DNA of 64,000 nt, from assembly GCA_028277845.1 (NCBI GenBank), contig JANQFL010000075.1, forward strand, positions 5,553 through 69,552. The letters are read 5' to 3'. Origin of the DNA: Sneathiellales bacterium (GTDB taxonomy: Bacteria > Pseudomonadota > Alphaproteobacteria > JANQFL01). Shown in pieces: positions 62,674-64,000 of the stretch (position 1 is its first letter; each line of letters opens with the position of its first letter). Below the pieces are notes generated by a model. That model did not search any database, was not told where the DNA came from, and was given only the letters and a program-made list of their open reading frames with translations. The translations under genes were made by a program, and so were the position numbers.

Positions 62674-64000
62674 TCACATCACAGGCCCCACCTGCCAGGG
62701 CACGAACTCGTTGTCGCCGAAGCCCAGCGCCTCCGACTTGCTGGGCGTGCCCGACGCTACGTCGAGGATGGTGTCGAAGATCTCGCCGCCCTTTTCGTCG
62801 ACCGTCGCCTCACCATCCACGATGCCGCCGCAGTTGATGTCCATGTCATCGGCCATGCGGGCGTACATGGCGGAGTTGGTGGCGAGCTTGATGCTGGGCG
62901 CGGGCTTGTAGCCGAAGACCGATCCGCGGCCGGTGGTGAAGCACACGACGGTGGCGCCGCTGGCCACCTGGCCGGTGATGGAGGCCGGGTCGTAGCCCGG
63001 CGAGTCCATGAACACGAAGCCCTTGGCCGTCACCGGTTCGGCGTATTCATAGACGCCGGCGAGATTGGTGGTGCCGCCCTTGGCTGCGGCGCCCAGGGAT
63101 TTTTCCAGGATGGTAGTCAGGCCGCCGGCCTTGTTGCCGGGCGAGGGATTGGCGTTCATCTCGCCGCCGGTGCGTGTCGTGTAGTCCTCCCACCACTTGA
63201 TGCGCTCCACCAGCTTCTCGCCCACCGCCTGGTCGACGGCGCGGCGGGTCAGCAGATGTTCGGCGCCGTAGATCTCGGGCGTCTCGCTGAGGATCGCCGT
63301 GCCGCCATTGGCCACCAGCCGGTCGACGGCGGCGCCCAATGAGGGGTTGGCGGTGATGCCCGAATAGCCGTCCGAACCGCCGCACTGCAAGGCGATGGTC
63401 AGTTCGCTGGCAGGCACGTTGACGCGTTCGACGGCGTTGGCCGCCGGGAGCATGTCGCGGATGCAGGCGATCCCGGCCTCGACGGCGGCGCGGGTGCCGC
63501 CGGACTCTTGAATCGTCATGGTCTGGAAGGTGGGGCCGTCCTCGATGCCGTAGGCCTCTTTCAGGAATGAGATCTGGTTGACCTCGCAGCCCAGGCCGAC
63601 CAGCAGCACGCCGGCGAAGTTGGGATGGCGGGCATAACCCCACAGCGTGCGTTGCAAGAGGGCATAGCCGTAGGCATCGGACGACATGCCGCAGCCGGTG
63701 CCGTGCACGAAGGCGGAGACGCCGTCCACGTTGGGGTATTCGGCCAGCGCTTCGCCCCGGAAGGCGTCGGCGATGTAGCGCGCCACCGTGGCCGAGCAGT
63801 TCACCGAGGTCAGCACGCCGATATAGTTGCGCGTGCCGACCCGGCCGTCGGCGCGGCGGTAGCCCTTGAAGGTGCGGCACTGGTCGTCGGGCAGGGGTTG
63901 GATGTTGCGCACGTCGGCGCCGAAGGCGTAGTCGCGGTTGAAATCCCCCATGGTGCAATTGTGGGTGTGTACGTGTTCGCCCGGAGCGATGGCGGCGCCG
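62674..64000 (-). CDS. UxaA-family hydro-lyase (altronate/galactarate dehydratase-like), 5' end outside window
   Basis: RNYIGVLTSVNCSATV and ..HGTGCG.. motifs. The frame stays open upstream of Met 63951 to the window edge (..AAIAPGEHVHTHNCT, the end of a SAF domain), so the true start lies beyond 64000. Confidence 0.85.
   Translation of the reverse strand, partial: GAAIAPGEHVHTHNCTMGDFNRDYAFGADVRNIQPLPDDQCRTFKGYRRADGRVGTRNYIGVLTSVNCSATVARYIADAFRGEALAEYPNVDGVSAFVHGTGCGMSSDAYGYALLQRTLWGYARHPNFAGVLLVGLGCEVNQISFLKEAYGIEDGPTFQTMTIQESGGTRAAVEAGIACIRDMLPAANAVERVNVPASELTIALQCGGSDGYSGITANPSLGAAVDRLVANGGTAILSETPEIYGAEHLLTRRAVDQAVGEKLVERIKWWEDYTTRTGGEMNANPSPGNKAGGLTTILEKSLGAAAKGGTTNLAGVYEYAEPVTAKGFVFMDSPGYDPASITGQVASGATVVCFTTGRGSVFGYKPAPSIKLATNSAMYARMADDMDINCGGIVDGEATVDEKGGEIFDTILDVASGTPSKSEALGFGDNEFVPWQVGPVM

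Noticed and set aside
1-64000. Search for tRNA, rRNA, IS elements, transposases, integrases and CRISPR arrays
   Set aside because: None of the intergenic regions I read showed a cloverleaf-like sequence, rRNA-like stretch, terminal-inverted-repeat IS or recombinase ORF. tRNAscan-SE, Infernal and ISfinder would be needed to exclude them formally.

Overview
This is a densely coding, high-GC (by eye well above 60%) chromosomal segment that looks alphaproteobacterial. Most of it is transport and catabolic operons. In order: the tail of a Dpp/Opp ABC ATPase pair, an alpha/beta hydrolase, manC and a tandem USP. Next is a phosphonate-flavoured neighbourhood: LysR + phnW, a Na/Pi-PhoU transporter, a PhnS2T2U2-like ABC importer, a histidine phosphatase, a GST and a PMH-like sulfatase-family enzyme. 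Then come a translationally coupled PAPS/sulfation operon (GT2, cysC, sat, a divergent pyruvate-kinase-family gene, sulfotransferase, PhyH dioxygenase) and a TRAP transporter with TetR, FAH, cyclase and MarR genes. A long Mo-hydroxylase operon follows: FAD subunit, fused FeS/Moco subunit, a 6-hydroxynicotinate-reductase-like protein, UPF0280, DUF1185 and a HAAT ABC importer. The rest holds a second HAAT importer, pncA, LysE, a B12-radical SAM enzyme, an HxlR/beta-carbonic-anhydrase pair, a GyrI-like protein, a DMT transporter, an acyl-CoA ligase and a partial UxaA-family dehydratase. Three AT-rich insertions interrupt this background. (i) A ~3.4 kb islet at 24.1-27.6 kb is bracketed by a duplicated dctM 3' terminus. 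It carries four orphan genes: a nucleoside-deoxyribosyltransferase/TIR-like protein, two 2-TM proteins and a small acidic protein. This is my best candidate for an undescribed (defence-like) system. (ii) A 46.0-47.25 kb islet carries an HU-family gene with an acidic tail plus a 3-TM protein. (iii) A 53.6-55.0 kb region carries two tandem Cys-conserving aegerolysin-like genes. A ~135 bp inverted-repeat REP/MITE-like element occurs three times. I saw no rRNA, tRNA, CRISPR array, transposase or integrase. All family assignments come from motif recognition by eye, not from searches.
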